Positions 8,183 to 17,707 of a stretch of 64,000 nucleotides of DNA are shown here, in pieces. Both the position numbers and the translations under genes were made by a program. The notes under the pieces were generated by a model that had not been told where the DNA came from, did not search any database, and saw only the letters and a program-made list of their open reading frames with translations. Every line of letters begins with the position of its first letter. The first letter of the stretch is position 1. Origin of the DNA: Bacteroidales bacterium (GTDB lineage: Bacteria > Bacteroidota > Bacteroidia > Bacteroidales > WCHB1-69); NCBI GenBank assembly GCA_024400835.1, contig JAKSMC010000005.1, positions 27,456 through 91,455 on the forward strand, written 5' to 3'.

Positions 8183-8190
8183 TACTTTTG
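8183..8190 (+). promoter_or_regulatory. -7 box TACTTTTG for the nuclease gene
   Basis: Matches TAnnTTTG, 42 nt upstream of the ATG at 8232. Confidence 0.45.
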
Positions 8191-8231
8191 CGACTGAAAA
8201 TAGAAGTACGATAGAACCTTAATAAACCATT

Positions 8232-9059
8232 ATGAAACTAATATTCTTTTCATTTTTATTTGGCCTGTTCTCACTCTATTCATGTGAAAATAAACCCCAA
8301 ACAGTTTCGCCTCCAATGTTGGAAACAAAAACGGTTGAAGATAACAGTACTCATTCTGCTTCCCGTTCGATAGACCTTTCCCTCCTCGAAATACCTCAAG
8401 GCGGCTCCGAAGGGACTATCATTTCCCATCTCGGCTACGCCCTCTCTTACAACCACCAGAACCTCACTCCCAACTGGGTGGCGTACGAGCTGACCGCTGA
8501 GGAAGCAAACGGACAGGTCCCGCGAAGCAACTGCTATGCCGAAGACCCGGATATCAAAGGACGACAGGCTACATTGGACGATTACCGTGGCTCGGGCTGG
8601 GATAGGGGACACCTGGCACCCGCTGCCGATATGAAATGGTCGCCGCAAGCTATGGACGAGAGTTTCTACCTTTCCAATATGTGCCCGCAAAACCAAACCT
8701 TTAATGGCGGCTCTTGGGAAACCACCGAAAAGATGGGACGTCGCATCGCAAAGCAGTACGGCAAGGTCTATATCGTCTGCGGCCCAATCTATACGGACCA
8801 CCAATTCGGCACTATCGGGGCAAACAAAGTGGCTGTCCCGGATGCCTTCTTCAAGGCCTTCCTGATTGAGTCGAACGGCACGTATGCCGCCATCGGCTTC
8901 CTGATGCAGAATGTCCCCGAACACCAGGATCTGAAGGCGTCTTCTATGTCCATCGATGAGCTGGAAGACATCATCCATCTCGACCTTTTCCACAATTTGG
9001 ACGATGCCGTCGAAAACGAAATAGAAGCGCAGGTGGTGAAAAAATATTGGGGGATATAA
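8232..9059 (+). CDS. DNA/RNA non-specific endonuclease (NucA/EndoG beta-beta-alpha-Me family), lipoprotein-type signal
   Basis: Active-site motif is WDRGHLAPAADM, followed by SNMCPQ. The N-terminal signal has LFSLYSC (lipobox-like). Confidence 0.9.
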   Translation: MKLIFFSFLFGLFSLYSCENKPQTVSPPMLETKTVEDNSTHSASRSIDLSLLEIPQGGSEGTIISHLGYALSYNHQNLTPNWVAYELTAEEANGQVPRSNCYAEDPDIKGRQATLDDYRGSGWDRGHLAPAADMKWSPQAMDESFYLSNMCPQNQTFNGGSWETTEKMGRRIAKQYGKVYIVCGPIYTDHQFGTIGANKVAVPDAFFKAFLIESNGTYAAIGFLMQNVPEHQDLKASSMSIDELEDIIHLDLFHNLDDAVENEIEAQVVKKYWGI

Positions 9060-9072
9060 GGAGGATGTGTCT
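8767..9072 (+). repeat. Direct repeat copy A (306 bp): 3' end of the nuclease gene plus 13 bp
   Basis: Aligns base for base with 10568..10873 (offset 1801 bp). I counted 8 mismatches and no gaps. Confidence 0.95.
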
Positions 9073-9106
9073 GTATTTAAAGTCGAATTTTTTGAACTTA
9101 GAATTT

Positions 9107-10378
9107 TTACATATCTAATTGCAACCATTTCGTGGCAGGCACTACGTGGATGGTCTCGTTATCTTTCTCAATCACCTCCTCGGTATTGAATGTGATCAGG
9201 GTGAGTTTTCGGCAATTGAATTTCTTGGCGCCTTGCACCAAACCATTGATTTCGCGCTGGCGTGTTTTCTCGGACGTAATCTTGTAACTCACCTGTATCA
9301 GCTCCTGTACCATGCCGTTTTTGGCCACCAGAAAATCCACATCAAAAGACTTTTCCCTGTAGTAAAATATTTCGGCATATTGGTGATGATAGCGGCGCAG
9401 CAGTTCAATGCACACCACATTTTCCAATCGCCATCCCAAGTTTTCAAGCGAAAAGGTGTCGTTGCGCTCGCTTGCCATTGCCACATCCACCACATAGCAT
9501 TTCTCATTGCAGACTCGTTCGCGTGCCTTAAACGAGAACTTCTTCACCCCGACAAACAAAAAGGCCTCTTTCAAGTACCCGAAATACTTGTCTGCCGTAT
9601 GGTTGGAAATGCCAAATAACTTGCCGATAACCGTGGCCGAAAATTCCTGTGCGAAATTGTCAGCCAGATAGGCTGCCATTTTTCTCAATATTTCTTCTTG
9701 GCGGATTTTGAAACGACGTGCTATGTCATTGCGGATAATGGCATTGAACAATCCGTCGATATAGTTCTTGGGATTGTCCTCTTTCTGCAATTCGGGGAAT
9801 CCGCCAGTAGTAAGATATTTGTGCAGAGCATTTTGTCGCAACCCAACCGCCTTGGTGGTAATGGATGTGGTGTCAATGTTGTTTATGAGGCAATACTCGG
9901 CAAACGAAAAGGGATACAGCTCCACTTTGTTGTGGCGTCCGGTAAGGTGCGTGATGAGTTCATTGGACAGCAACTTGGAATTGGAACCCGTAAGGAATAT
10001 GCGTTTCTTTTGCCGGAGCAGGCGGTTTACAAACAACGGCCACGATTCCACATTCTGAATCTCATCAAAAAACAGGCAATCAACATTGCCATAGACAATA
10101 TAAATCGCTTCCAATAACTTGTTCAGATCGTCGGATTGCAGGGTTGCCAAGCGCTCATCGTCAAAGTTCACAAATGCGCATTCAATGGCATTGTCAACCA
10201 GGTATTTTGTGCAAAGGGTGGATTTTCCACTTCGCCTTACACCAATGACTACTTGTGCCAAACTGCTGTCTGGTGACAGTTGCGAAGCTTCGAGGCGTTC
10301 ACAGAAGGAACTCATGTCTTCGGACTTGATTTCCTCGCGTTGATCGGCTATTATCGTGGCTAATTCTTCTACTAACAT
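9107..10378 (-). CDS. AAA+ ATPase with DUF4143 domain (COG1373 type), copy 2
   Basis: Walker A is GVRRSGKS and Walker B is LFFDEIQ. The C-terminal DVDFLV...IQVSYK has Q and S in place of the ExK residues seen in copy 1. Confidence 0.85.
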   Translation of the reverse strand: MLVEELATIIADQREEIKSEDMSSFCERLEASQLSPDSSLAQVVIGVRRSGKSTLCTKYLVDNAIECAFVNFDDERLATLQSDDLNKLLEAIYIVYGNVDCLFFDEIQNVESWPLFVNRLLRQKKRIFLTGSNSKLLSNELITHLTGRHNKVELYPFSFAEYCLINNIDTTSITTKAVGLRQNALHKYLTTGGFPELQKEDNPKNYIDGLFNAIIRNDIARRFKIRQEEILRKMAAYLADNFAQEFSATVIGKLFGISNHTADKYFGYLKEAFLFVGVKKFSFKARERVCNEKCYVVDVAMASERNDTFSLENLGWRLENVVCIELLRRYHHQYAEIFYYREKSFDVDFLVAKNGMVQELIQVSYKITSEKTRQREINGLVQGAKKFNCRKLTLITFNTEEVIEKDNETIHVVPATKWLQLDM

Positions 10379-10381
10379 ACT

Positions 10382-10403
10382 CCGAAAATTTTCGGCAAAG
10401 ATA
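10382..10403 (-). promoter_or_regulatory. -7 box TATCTTTG (10403..10396) followed by perfect palindrome CCGAAAATTTTCGG (10395..10382) in the short leader of ATPase copy 2
   Basis: The minus strand reads TTGTATCTTTGCCGAAAATTTTCGGAGTATG. Confidence 0.45.
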
Positions 10404-10563
10404 CAATAAATTTCCTTATTTTCCTAAATTTATTATTGCAAACTTCCTTATTTTTCCAATTTTGTTATAGTAAAGTTCCTTGTTTTTCTATTGATTTTTA
10501 GTAATATATTGAAAATCATTTATATAAAAATAAACCACAAACTTTTCAAGATTATTCACATCA

Positions 10564-10860
10564 TTGATCTATATCGTCTGCGGCCCCATCTATACGAACC
10601 ACCAATACGGCACTATCGGGGCAAACAAAGTGGCTGTCCCGGATGCCTTCTTCAAGGCCTTCCTGATTGAGTCGAACGGCACGTATGCCGCCATCGGCTT
10701 CCTGATGCAGAATGTCCCCGAACACCAGGATCTGAAGGCGTCTTCTATGTCCATCGATGAGCTGGAAGACATCATCCATCTCGACCTTTTCCACAATTTG
10801 GACGATGCCGTCGAAAACGAAATAGAGGCGCAGGTGGTGAAAAGATATTGGGGAATATAG
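10564..10860 (+). pseudogene. Detached 3' fragment of the non-specific nuclease gene (last ~97 codons)
   Basis: The translation IYIVCGPIYTNHQYGTIGANKVAVPDAFF...VVKRYWGI is near-identical to the C-terminus of 8232..9059. It lacks the catalytic DRGH region and the signal peptide. Confidence 0.85.
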
Positions 10861-10873
10861 GGCGGATGTGTCT
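10568..10873 (+). repeat. Direct repeat copy B (306 bp)
   Basis: See copy A. The conserved CTTTTCAAGATTATT motif (10542..10556) lies immediately to its left. Confidence 0.95.
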
Positions 10874-11001
10874 CTCTACTTCTTACATTGACCTTTGGGG
10901 AGTCTCCCCACCTGAAACTTGAAACCTTGGCGCGGACGCAATTCATTGCGCAACCTCAACGCTATGTGTCGTCTGTGTGTTAGAATGAAGATCCTGAAAA
11001 A

Positions 11002-12300
11002 TCAATGGTCAAATTCGAACACCTGCTTTTTCTGCATCAGGAACATCACCAATCCGCGGAGGGTCAGGAAGATGAGGAAGGCAATCCAAAGGCCGTCGTT
11101 GCCCAATGGACCGCGCAAGATAAGATAGAAGACGAAAAATGCGCTCGTGGAGATGAACATGGTGTTGCGCATGGCGGCCGAGGCGGTGGCTCCAATGTAG
11201 ATGCCGTCGTAGATGAAGGCCGCAAATCCCGTGAAGGGCACTAATACGGTCCACAAGATGTACTCCATAGCAGTGTCAATGACCTGCTTGTCGTTGGTGA
11301 GTATCCACAACAGCCATTTGCCACAGGTTGCGTAAATCACCGTGAAGGTGGCGGCTAATCCCACACCCCATAAGAGCAACTTGCGCACGGACTCTTTCAA
11401 ACGTTCGCCGTCTCGCGCGCCAATGAAACGCCCTACCAATGACTCGCCGGCGTAGGCAAAGCCGTCCATGATGTAGGATAACAGCGTGAATAACTGCATG
11501 AGCAGCGTGTTGGCGGCTAAGATGTTGTCACCCATATTGGCGGAGATATACGGTATGAAGGTGAAGACGGCTATCAGGCAGATGGAGCGGAGGAAGATGT
11601 CGGAGTTGACTTTGAAGAAACGCACCATCTCATTGAGCTTCAGACTCTCTTTGATATGGATTTCGTATCGCAATTCGCCGTAGTGCTTGAACCACATGAA
11701 GGTGGCCATGGCCATGCCGCTGTATTGGGCAATGACCGTGCCCCAGGCGACGCCCGCGATGCCGGCATGGAAGGCAAATACGAATATCAACGAGCAGATG
11801 ATGTTGACGATGTTCAGCAGAATGGCTATCCACATCGGCGTCTTGGCGTCCTGCATCCCGATGAACCAGCCCTTGACCACATACAATCCCAGGGTGGCAG
11901 GCGCCGCCCAAATGCGTATGTAGAAGTATGTCAGCATTAATTCGATGGACTCCGGACTGCTGTGGATGAACCGCTTGCAAAGCAGTCCGATGGGCCACTG
12001 CAACAGGATGAGACAGACTGCCACGATGAGGGCAATGGCCATGCCGCGAACCAACACGTTCAGGTACTCGGCTCGGTCTTCGGCTCCGTAGGCTTGGGCA
12101 GTCAGACCGCTCGTGCCGGCGCGCAGGAACCCGAACCCCCAGTAGATGAGGTTGAACACCATCGTGGCCAACGCAATGGCCGCAATGTAACTGGCATTGC
12201 CGATGTGCCCGACAATGGCCACATCCACCATGCCCAGCAAGGGCACGGTGATGTTCGTGATGATGCTCGGCAATGCAAGACGGAGGATCTCCCGATTCAT
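11002..12300 (-). CDS. MATE family efflux transporter
   Basis: 432 aa with about 12 hydrophobic spans. The N-terminus MNREILRLALPSIITNITVPLLGMVDVAIVGHIG is typical of the MatE family. Confidence 0.9.
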   Translation of the reverse strand: MNREILRLALPSIITNITVPLLGMVDVAIVGHIGNASYIAAIALATMVFNLIYWGFGFLRAGTSGLTAQAYGAEDRAEYLNVLVRGMAIALIVAVCLILLQWPIGLLCKRFIHSSPESIELMLTYFYIRIWAAPATLGLYVVKGWFIGMQDAKTPMWIAILLNIVNIICSLIFVFAFHAGIAGVAWGTVIAQYSGMAMATFMWFKHYGELRYEIHIKESLKLNEMVRFFKVNSDIFLRSICLIAVFTFIPYISANMGDNILAANTLLMQLFTLLSYIMDGFAYAGESLVGRFIGARDGERLKESVRKLLLWGVGLAATFTVIYATCGKWLLWILTNDKQVIDTAMEYILWTVLVPFTGFAAFIYDGIYIGATASAAMRNTMFISTSAFFVFYLILRGPLGNDGLWIAFLIFLTLRGLVMFLMQKKQVFEFDH

Positions 12301-12354
12301 AGGGGCAAAAGGTTCAAAGTTTAAGGTTTAAAGTTTAAAAGCTAAAAACTGATA

Positions 12355-14418
12355 TTATTGGCGCGTGCTTCTTTCCTTGATAATCTCTTCCTGCTTAGCG
12401 GCTGGCATCGGCATATATTGGTAGAATTCCATAGAGTAGTTGGCGCGGCCGGAGGTTACGTTGCGCAGGGCTGTAGCATAGCCGAACATTTCCATCAGCG
12501 GACAGAAACCGTCCAGCTTTTGGGAACCCTTTCTGAAACGGCGCATGTTCTCGATGCGGCCGCGACGTTTGTTGAGGTCGCGGGTGACATTGCCGATGAA
12601 GTCGTCAGGGGTGTTGACTTCTATCTTCATGACCGGCTCCATGATGATGGGGTTGGCTTTGCGGAAGGCCTGTTTGAAACATTGCGCGGCGCAAAGTTGG
12701 AACGCCATGTCACTGGAGTCAACAGGATGGTAGCTGCCATCGACCAGTACGCACTTGACATCCACTACCGGGTATTCGGCAATAGGACTCTTCTCCATTG
12801 CTTTGCGCAAGCCCTTTTCAATAGACGGGATGTACTCTTTGGGGATGACGCCGCCCTTGGTGACATCCACAAACTCGAAGCCCTTGCCGGGGTTCGGTTC
12901 GAAGCGGATGACGGTGTTTGCAAATTGTCCCTTGCCACCGCTCTGCTTGACATGCTTGTAGGCATTTTCAACAGAGGTGGTGATTGTTTCGCGGAAGGAT
13001 ACGGAGGGCTCGCCAACGGAGATGGGCACCTTGAACTCGTCGCGGATGCGCTCCACGAGGATCTCCAAGTGCAGTTCGCCCATGCCGGCGATGATGGTCT
13101 CTTCCGTCTCTTCATCGTAATGGGAGTGGAAAGAGGGGTCTTCGTTTGTGAGCTTGGCTAAGGCTTCGCCCAGCTTGTCGCGGCTCTTCTTGTCTTCCAA
13201 GTTCACTTTCATCTCGATGACGGCAGGCGGCACGGAGATGGATTCCAAAAGAACGGGTTGGCTTTCGTCGCACAGGGTGTCGCCCGTGCGGGTGTATTTC
13301 ATACCGACGAGGGCGACGATTTCGCCGCAGCCGGCTTCTGTGATTTCCTGTCTCTCTTTCGCTTTGATGCGGAAGATTCGTCCGACGCGCTCGTTCTTGC
13401 CCTTGTTGGTGTTGTAAACACTCATGCCGCTGGTGAGCTTGCCGCTGACGATGCGGATGAAGGTCTGCTGGCCCACATACGGGTCGTTGATGAGCTTGAA
13501 TGCCAAGGCGGAGAATTTCTCGTTGTTGGACGGATTGCGTTGGATGGTCTTTTCTTCATCGTACGGGTCGTGTGCCATCACGGCGCCGATGTCGGTAGGG
13601 GAGGGCAGATAGTCCACGATGGCGTCGAGCAGCAACTGGATGCCCTTGTTTTTGTAGGCCGCACCGCAGAGCACTGGCGTGACCAGCAACTTGATGGTGG
13701 ATTCGCGGATGGCCTTCTTCAGCATCTCTTCCGAGATCTCGCCGTCTTCCAGATAAAGGGTGGCGATATCATCGTCAAAGTCGGCGAGTTTCTCAATCAT
13801 CGACTTGCGGGCTTCTGTGGCCGCTGCAACGAGTTCGGCGGGAATATCGCCCACGATGCGCTCTTTTTCGTTGAAGGTGATAGACTTCATAGTGACCAAG
13901 TCAATCATGCCTTGGAAGTCGCTTTCGGCCCCGATGGGAAGGTGGATGGGCATGGCGTTGGCGCCGAGGTATTTGTTCATCTGGCTGACCACCTCGTTGA
14001 AGTCGGCGCCCGTGCGGTCCATCTTGTTGACGAAGGCGATGCGGGGCACGCGGTATTTCTCGGATTGGTTCCAGACGGTTTCACTCTGCGGTTCCACGCC
14101 ACCTACGGCGCAGAATACGGCAACCATGCCGTCGATGACGCGCAGGGAACGCTCTACCTCGATGGTGAAATCGACGTGGCCCGGCGTGTCAATGAGGTTT
14201 ATCTGGTGATCTTTCCAGGTGGCCGTGATGGCGGCGGATGCGATGGTGATACCACGCTCCTGCTCTTGCTTCATGAAGTCCATGGTGGCTTGCCCGTCGT
14301 GGGTTTCACCTACTTTTCTATTTACACCTGTGAAAAATAATATTCTTTCTGATACAGTGGTCTTGCCTGCATCAATGTGTGCGGCGATGCCGATGTTTCT
14401 GAGTTTGGAGATTTGCAT
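12355..14418 (-). CDS. Elongation factor G paralog (translational GTPase)
   Basis: Motifs are [17 protein letters not shown] and NKMD. The EF-G-type segment is [23 protein letters not shown]. 687 aa. It is not in a ribosomal-protein (str) context. Confidence 0.9.
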   Translation of the reverse strand: MQISKLRNIGIAAHIDAGKTTVSERILFFTGVNRKVGETHDGQATMDFMKQEQERGITIASAAITATWKDHQINLIDTPGHVDFTIEVERSLRVIDGMVAVFCAVGGVEPQSETVWNQSEKYRVPRIAFVNKMDRTGADFNEVVSQMNKYLGANAMPIHLPIGAESDFQGMIDLVTMKSITFNEKERIVGDIPAELVAAATEARKSMIEKLADFDDDIATLYLEDGEISEEMLKKAIRESTIKLLVTPVLCGAAYKNKGIQLLLDAIVDYLPSPTDIGAVMAHDPYDEEKTIQRNPSNNEKFSALAFKLINDPYVGQQTFIRIVSGKLTSGMSVYNTNKGKNERVGRIFRIKAKERQEITEAGCGEIVALVGMKYTRTGDTLCDESQPVLLESISVPPAVIEMKVNLEDKKSRDKLGEALAKLTNEDPSFHSHYDEETEETIIAGMGELHLEILVERIRDEFKVPISVGEPSVSFRETITTSVENAYKHVKQSGGKGQFANTVIRFEPNPGKGFEFVDVTKGGVIPKEYIPSIEKGLRKAMEKSPIAEYPVVDVKCVLVDGSYHPVDSSDMAFQLCAAQCFKQAFRKANPIIMEPVMKIEVNTPDDFIGNVTRDLNKRRGRIENMRRFRKGSQKLDGFCPLMEMFGYATALRNVTSGRANYSMEFYQYMPMPAAKQEEIIKERSTRQ

Positions 14419-14468
14419 TTTGGGAAAGTTAGAAGTGAGAAGTTAGAAGTGAGAGGTTTAAGGTTTAA

Positions 14469-15680
14469 TTAACGTTTTTCAAATGTCTTGGCGGCTTTCT
14501 TCATCTTTTCGCGGACGGATACAGCGAAGGGGCATCTGCTTTCGCAGGCACCGCAGCCGAAGCATTCGGATGCTTTGTGTTGGAGTGCGTCGTATTCCTT
14601 TTGCATTTCGGGGGTTACGTTGCCTTCCACTTCTGCTTGGTCGAGAAGTTTGTTGACTTTGTCAATGTCGATGCCTGCAGGACAAGGAGCGCAGTGGCCA
14701 CAGTAGATGCACTGATTTTTCCAAAATCCAGTTTTAGAGAAGACGACGGAGTAGTCTTTTTCAGCAGGAGTGGCGTTGATATAATGGAGGTCGGCCATCA
14801 GTTCTTCAACATTGCCGGCACCTGCCAAGATGGATGCCACGGCCGGTCTGTCCAAACCGTATTGGATGCACTGGCTTTCGGTCAAGGCCACGTGGATGGG
14901 CGATTTCTTTTCATCTAAAAGACGTCCGCCGTTGAAAGCCTTCATCACGGTGATGCCTACGCCCATCTGCGCACAGGTGTTGTATAACAAGGCACGGATG
15001 GAGTCGATGTTCTGCTGGCCTTCGCCAATGGGCGTTTTCCAGATGTTGGCGTCGCCGGGCAGCAAGTCGAAGGCCGGGTTTACACTGAACATCAGCACTT
15101 CGATAAGACCGCTTCTTACGGCTTCCAATGCGACGACGGCGTTATGGCTGCTCAGGCCGATGTGCTGGATTTTGCCCTCTTTTTTGAGTTGCTGGGCATA
15201 TTTCATGATGTCCCCGTTTTTGATGACGTTCCAGTCTTCAATATCGTCTGCAATGTGGATCATGCCGACTTCGATATGGTCGGTGTGCAGGCGGGTGAGC
15301 AGGTCTTCAAAACCGGCTTGCGCTTCGGCAAGGTCGCGGGTGCGCTTGTACTGGCCGTCTTTCCAACATACGCCGATGTGGCCCTGGATGTTCATCTTGT
15401 CGCGACGGCCCTTCAGTGAGTTGCCGAGGTTGTCGCGCGTGAGCGGATTGGAATCGTAAATATCTACATAGTTGACGCCGTATTTGATACAGGAATCCAT
15501 AAAGGCCATGGATTGTTCGGCGGAGAGTTTCTCAAAACAACTGCAGCCGATGCCGATTTCGCTAATCTGCATGCCGGTCTTGCCAAGAGGACGGTATTGC
15601 ATTTTGTTTTGAGCGTAAATACTTGAACTGACAATTGTTAAAACTGCCAAGAATAAAATTTTCAATGTGCTTTTTTTCAT
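14469..15680 (-). CDS. Aldo/keto reductase with C-terminal 4Fe-4S ferredoxin-type cysteine clusters
   Basis: ORF 14469..15743. The likely start is the ATG at 15680 (MKKSTLKILF). The AKR-like N-terminal region is YRPLGKTGMQISEIGIG. Cysteine motifs are CIYCGHCAPCP and CFGCGACESRCP. Confidence 0.8.
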   Translation of the reverse strand: MKKSTLKILFLAVLTIVSSSIYAQNKMQYRPLGKTGMQISEIGIGCSCFEKLSAEQSMAFMDSCIKYGVNYVDIYDSNPLTRDNLGNSLKGRRDKMNIQGHIGVCWKDGQYKRTRDLAEAQAGFEDLLTRLHTDHIEVGMIHIADDIEDWNVIKNGDIMKYAQQLKKEGKIQHIGLSSHNAVVALEAVRSGLIEVLMFSVNPAFDLLPGDANIWKTPIGEGQQNIDSIRALLYNTCAQMGVGITVMKAFNGGRLLDEKKSPIHVALTESQCIQYGLDRPAVASILAGAGNVEELMADLHYINATPAEKDYSVVFSKTGFWKNQCIYCGHCAPCPAGIDIDKVNKLLDQAEVEGNVTPEMQKEYDALQHKASECFGCGACESRCPFAVSVREKMKKAAKTFEKR

Positions 15681-15739
15681 TGGAATAGGGTTTCGTTTTG
15701 AACCCGCGAAAATACGAAAAAGTAACGAATCTTCATCTG

Positions 15740-17629
15740 TCACGTTTCACTCTTCACTATCCCGTTCTCATAAAAGTATTCTACTAACGTCTGGTAGAAT
15801 TCCGTCTGTCCGAGTGTCGAGCAGTTGCCGACGACAATGAGTTTGAGTCGGGCGCGGGTGATGGCGACGTTCATGCGACGGAGGTCCTTGAGGAATCCGA
15901 TGCTGCCTTGCTCGTTGTCGCGCACCATACTGATGAGGATGATGTCGCGCTCCTGCCCTTGGAACCCATCTACGGTGTTGACGGAAATGTGGTGGCGAAT
16001 GGGCGCCAAAGTGTGGCTCTTGCTGACCAGATGCCGCAGCAGGGAGATCTGTGCCTTGTATGGAGATATGATGCCGAAAGTGGTTTCAGTCAGCAGGCTG
16101 CTGTCAATGGCCATCTGGCGCACGTAGTCTTTCAGGATGTTGACGAGCAGTTTGGCCTCTTCACGATTGAGGCGGCTTTGCGAGGCGTTGGTCTTTTCCG
16201 AGAACTGGCTGTTGCTGGTGTCTATCCAAACCAAAGGGCAGTCCCAAGGTGCCAATGTGCGGTTGGCAACTTCAGGTGCGGCCTTGAGTTTGCCGCCGTA
16301 GAACCATTGGGAGGAGAACTCCATGATTTGTCGGTTCATGCGGTATTGCGTGTCCAAAAGGGTGACGACGTCAGGCTTGCTGTGGACAACTTTCTGCATT
16401 AATGTCTGGTCGAGTCCGGCGCGTGCGGCTTCCACGCATTTGATGGTAGGGGGCAACTGCTGGTGGTCGCCTGCGAATATCACCCGGTCGGCTTTTAATA
16501 TGGCGGCCCAGCAGGCTGCCTCCAAGGCTTGTGTCGCCTCGTCGATGAAAACCGTGCCGAAATGCCGGTAGTCGAGGACGTGGTTGGCACTGCCGATGAG
16601 GGTGCTGGCGATGACTTCCGCACTTTGCAGAATCTCTTCGTGGATTTTGGTTTCCAACTCGTCGGCCCGGCGATGCAGCCGCTGCAGTTGGCTGTGCTTC
16701 TGTTTGGAGTATGCCTGTGTCTGGTTGATGTCGCGAATCATCTTGCGGATGCTCCACAGTTCCGGATAGTCGGGATGAGCGGCATAGCGGCGCTCGTAAG
16801 TGCATTCCAACAGGGGCTTGTTGATGCGGAGAGGATTGCCGACGCGCAGCACGTCCACGCCGCGGTTGAGCAACTGCTCGCTAATCCAGTCGATGGCGGC
16901 GTTGCTGGGTGCGCATACCAAGACTTGCGGTTCCCGTCGCGTGGTCTCGATGATGGCTTCCACCAACGTCGTGGTCTTTCCCGTGCCCGGTGGACCGTGC
17001 ACGACGGCCACGTCGCGCGCCTCGACGATTTTCTGCACAGCGGTAGTCTGACTCCTGTTCAGCATCGGAAAATCCAACTTCGGGAGTTCTCGGAAAGTCG
17101 GCTCTTCATTGCCTATCAGCACTTCGCGAAGGTGTACCCATTTGTCGGTGTCCAGCTCGATGACTTTGTGCAAAGCATTTTCCATGACCTGGTAGGTCGT
17201 CTCGTCTATGCCTAACTGAACGCCGAGTTCCGATTTTTCGGACAAACGGTTCAGCAGAACCGGGAATGACGGGTCCGGCACGGCTAACTGTAGCACCCTG
17301 TTTTGTACTCGCTGGATAAAGCAATTGCCGGGCAGCGTTTTAACAGTCCCGTTTTTAGTCTCTTCTTTGTAGAAAAAAGTTACGGATTTGCCTGGCTCGA
17401 ATTCGCAGTCTTGGCTGATGGCATATTTGCCGGCGTACTCGATTTCCACCACAAACTGGTTGAGCGCGTTGTAATAACTGGTCCCTACGTGAATGGGAAA
17501 CCAGCAGTTGCTGTTGTTGTAACTGTGCAGAATGGATGACTTGAATGATTCTTCAAAAGATTTCCTGTCAAAATCCAGTTCCAGCCTCAGTAATTGCAGC
17601 TGTTTTTGTATGTTGTCGGTGGATTTCAT
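15740..17629 (-). CDS. SF1B helicase, Upf1/DNA2/IGHMBP2-like AAA domain protein
   Basis: Motifs are GPPGTGKTTT, FIDEATQ, DHQQLPPT, TQYRM, VDGFQGQERD and NVAITRAR. The start is ambiguous. The ATG at 17629 lies just after TACTTTTG (17644..17637). The track start is 17707. Confidence 0.8.
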   Translation of the reverse strand: MKSTDNIQKQLQLLRLELDFDRKSFEESFKSSILHSYNNSNCWFPIHVGTSYYNALNQFVVEIEYAGKYAISQDCEFEPGKSVTFFYKEETKNGTVKTLPGNCFIQRVQNRVLQLAVPDPSFPVLLNRLSEKSELGVQLGIDETTYQVMENALHKVIELDTDKWVHLREVLIGNEEPTFRELPKLDFPMLNRSQTTAVQKIVEARDVAVVHGPPGTGKTTTLVEAIIETTRREPQVLVCAPSNAAIDWISEQLLNRGVDVLRVGNPLRINKPLLECTYERRYAAHPDYPELWSIRKMIRDINQTQAYSKQKHSQLQRLHRRADELETKIHEEILQSAEVIASTLIGSANHVLDYRHFGTVFIDEATQALEAACWAAILKADRVIFAGDHQQLPPTIKCVEAARAGLDQTLMQKVVHSKPDVVTLLDTQYRMNRQIMEFSSQWFYGGKLKAAPEVANRTLAPWDCPLVWIDTSNSQFSEKTNASQSRLNREEAKLLVNILKDYVRQMAIDSSLLTETTFGIISPYKAQISLLRHLVSKSHTLAPIRHHISVNTVDGFQGQERDIILISMVRDNEQGSIGFLKDLRRMNVAITRARLKLIVVGNCSTLGQTEFYQTLVEYFYENGIVKSET

Positions 17630-17680
17630 GAGGGTGCAAAAGTACGAAATTAATGTGCTTCCCAATTTGGATTTTTTTAA

Positions 17681-17688
17681 TACCTTTG
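17681..17688 (+). promoter_or_regulatory. -7 box TACCTTTG for mnmA
   Basis: Lies 20 nt upstream of the ATG at 17708. It is divergent from the helicase promoter. Confidence 0.45.
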
Positions 17689-17707
17689 CGGCCTCAAATA
17701 CAGACAA

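Noticed and set aside
8280-9128. 282-aa minus-strand ORF opposite the nuclease gene (and its echo at 10561..10946)
   Set aside because: The plus strand carries the DRGH nuclease motif and a signal peptide. The echo simply reflects the 306-bp duplication.
12355-14418. EF-G-like gene as a Tet(Q)/Tet(M)-type ribosomal protection protein
   Set aside because: The switch region reads [23 protein letters not shown], which is the EF-G pattern. The 687-aa length also fits EF-G paralogs better than the ~640-aa ribosomal protection proteins.
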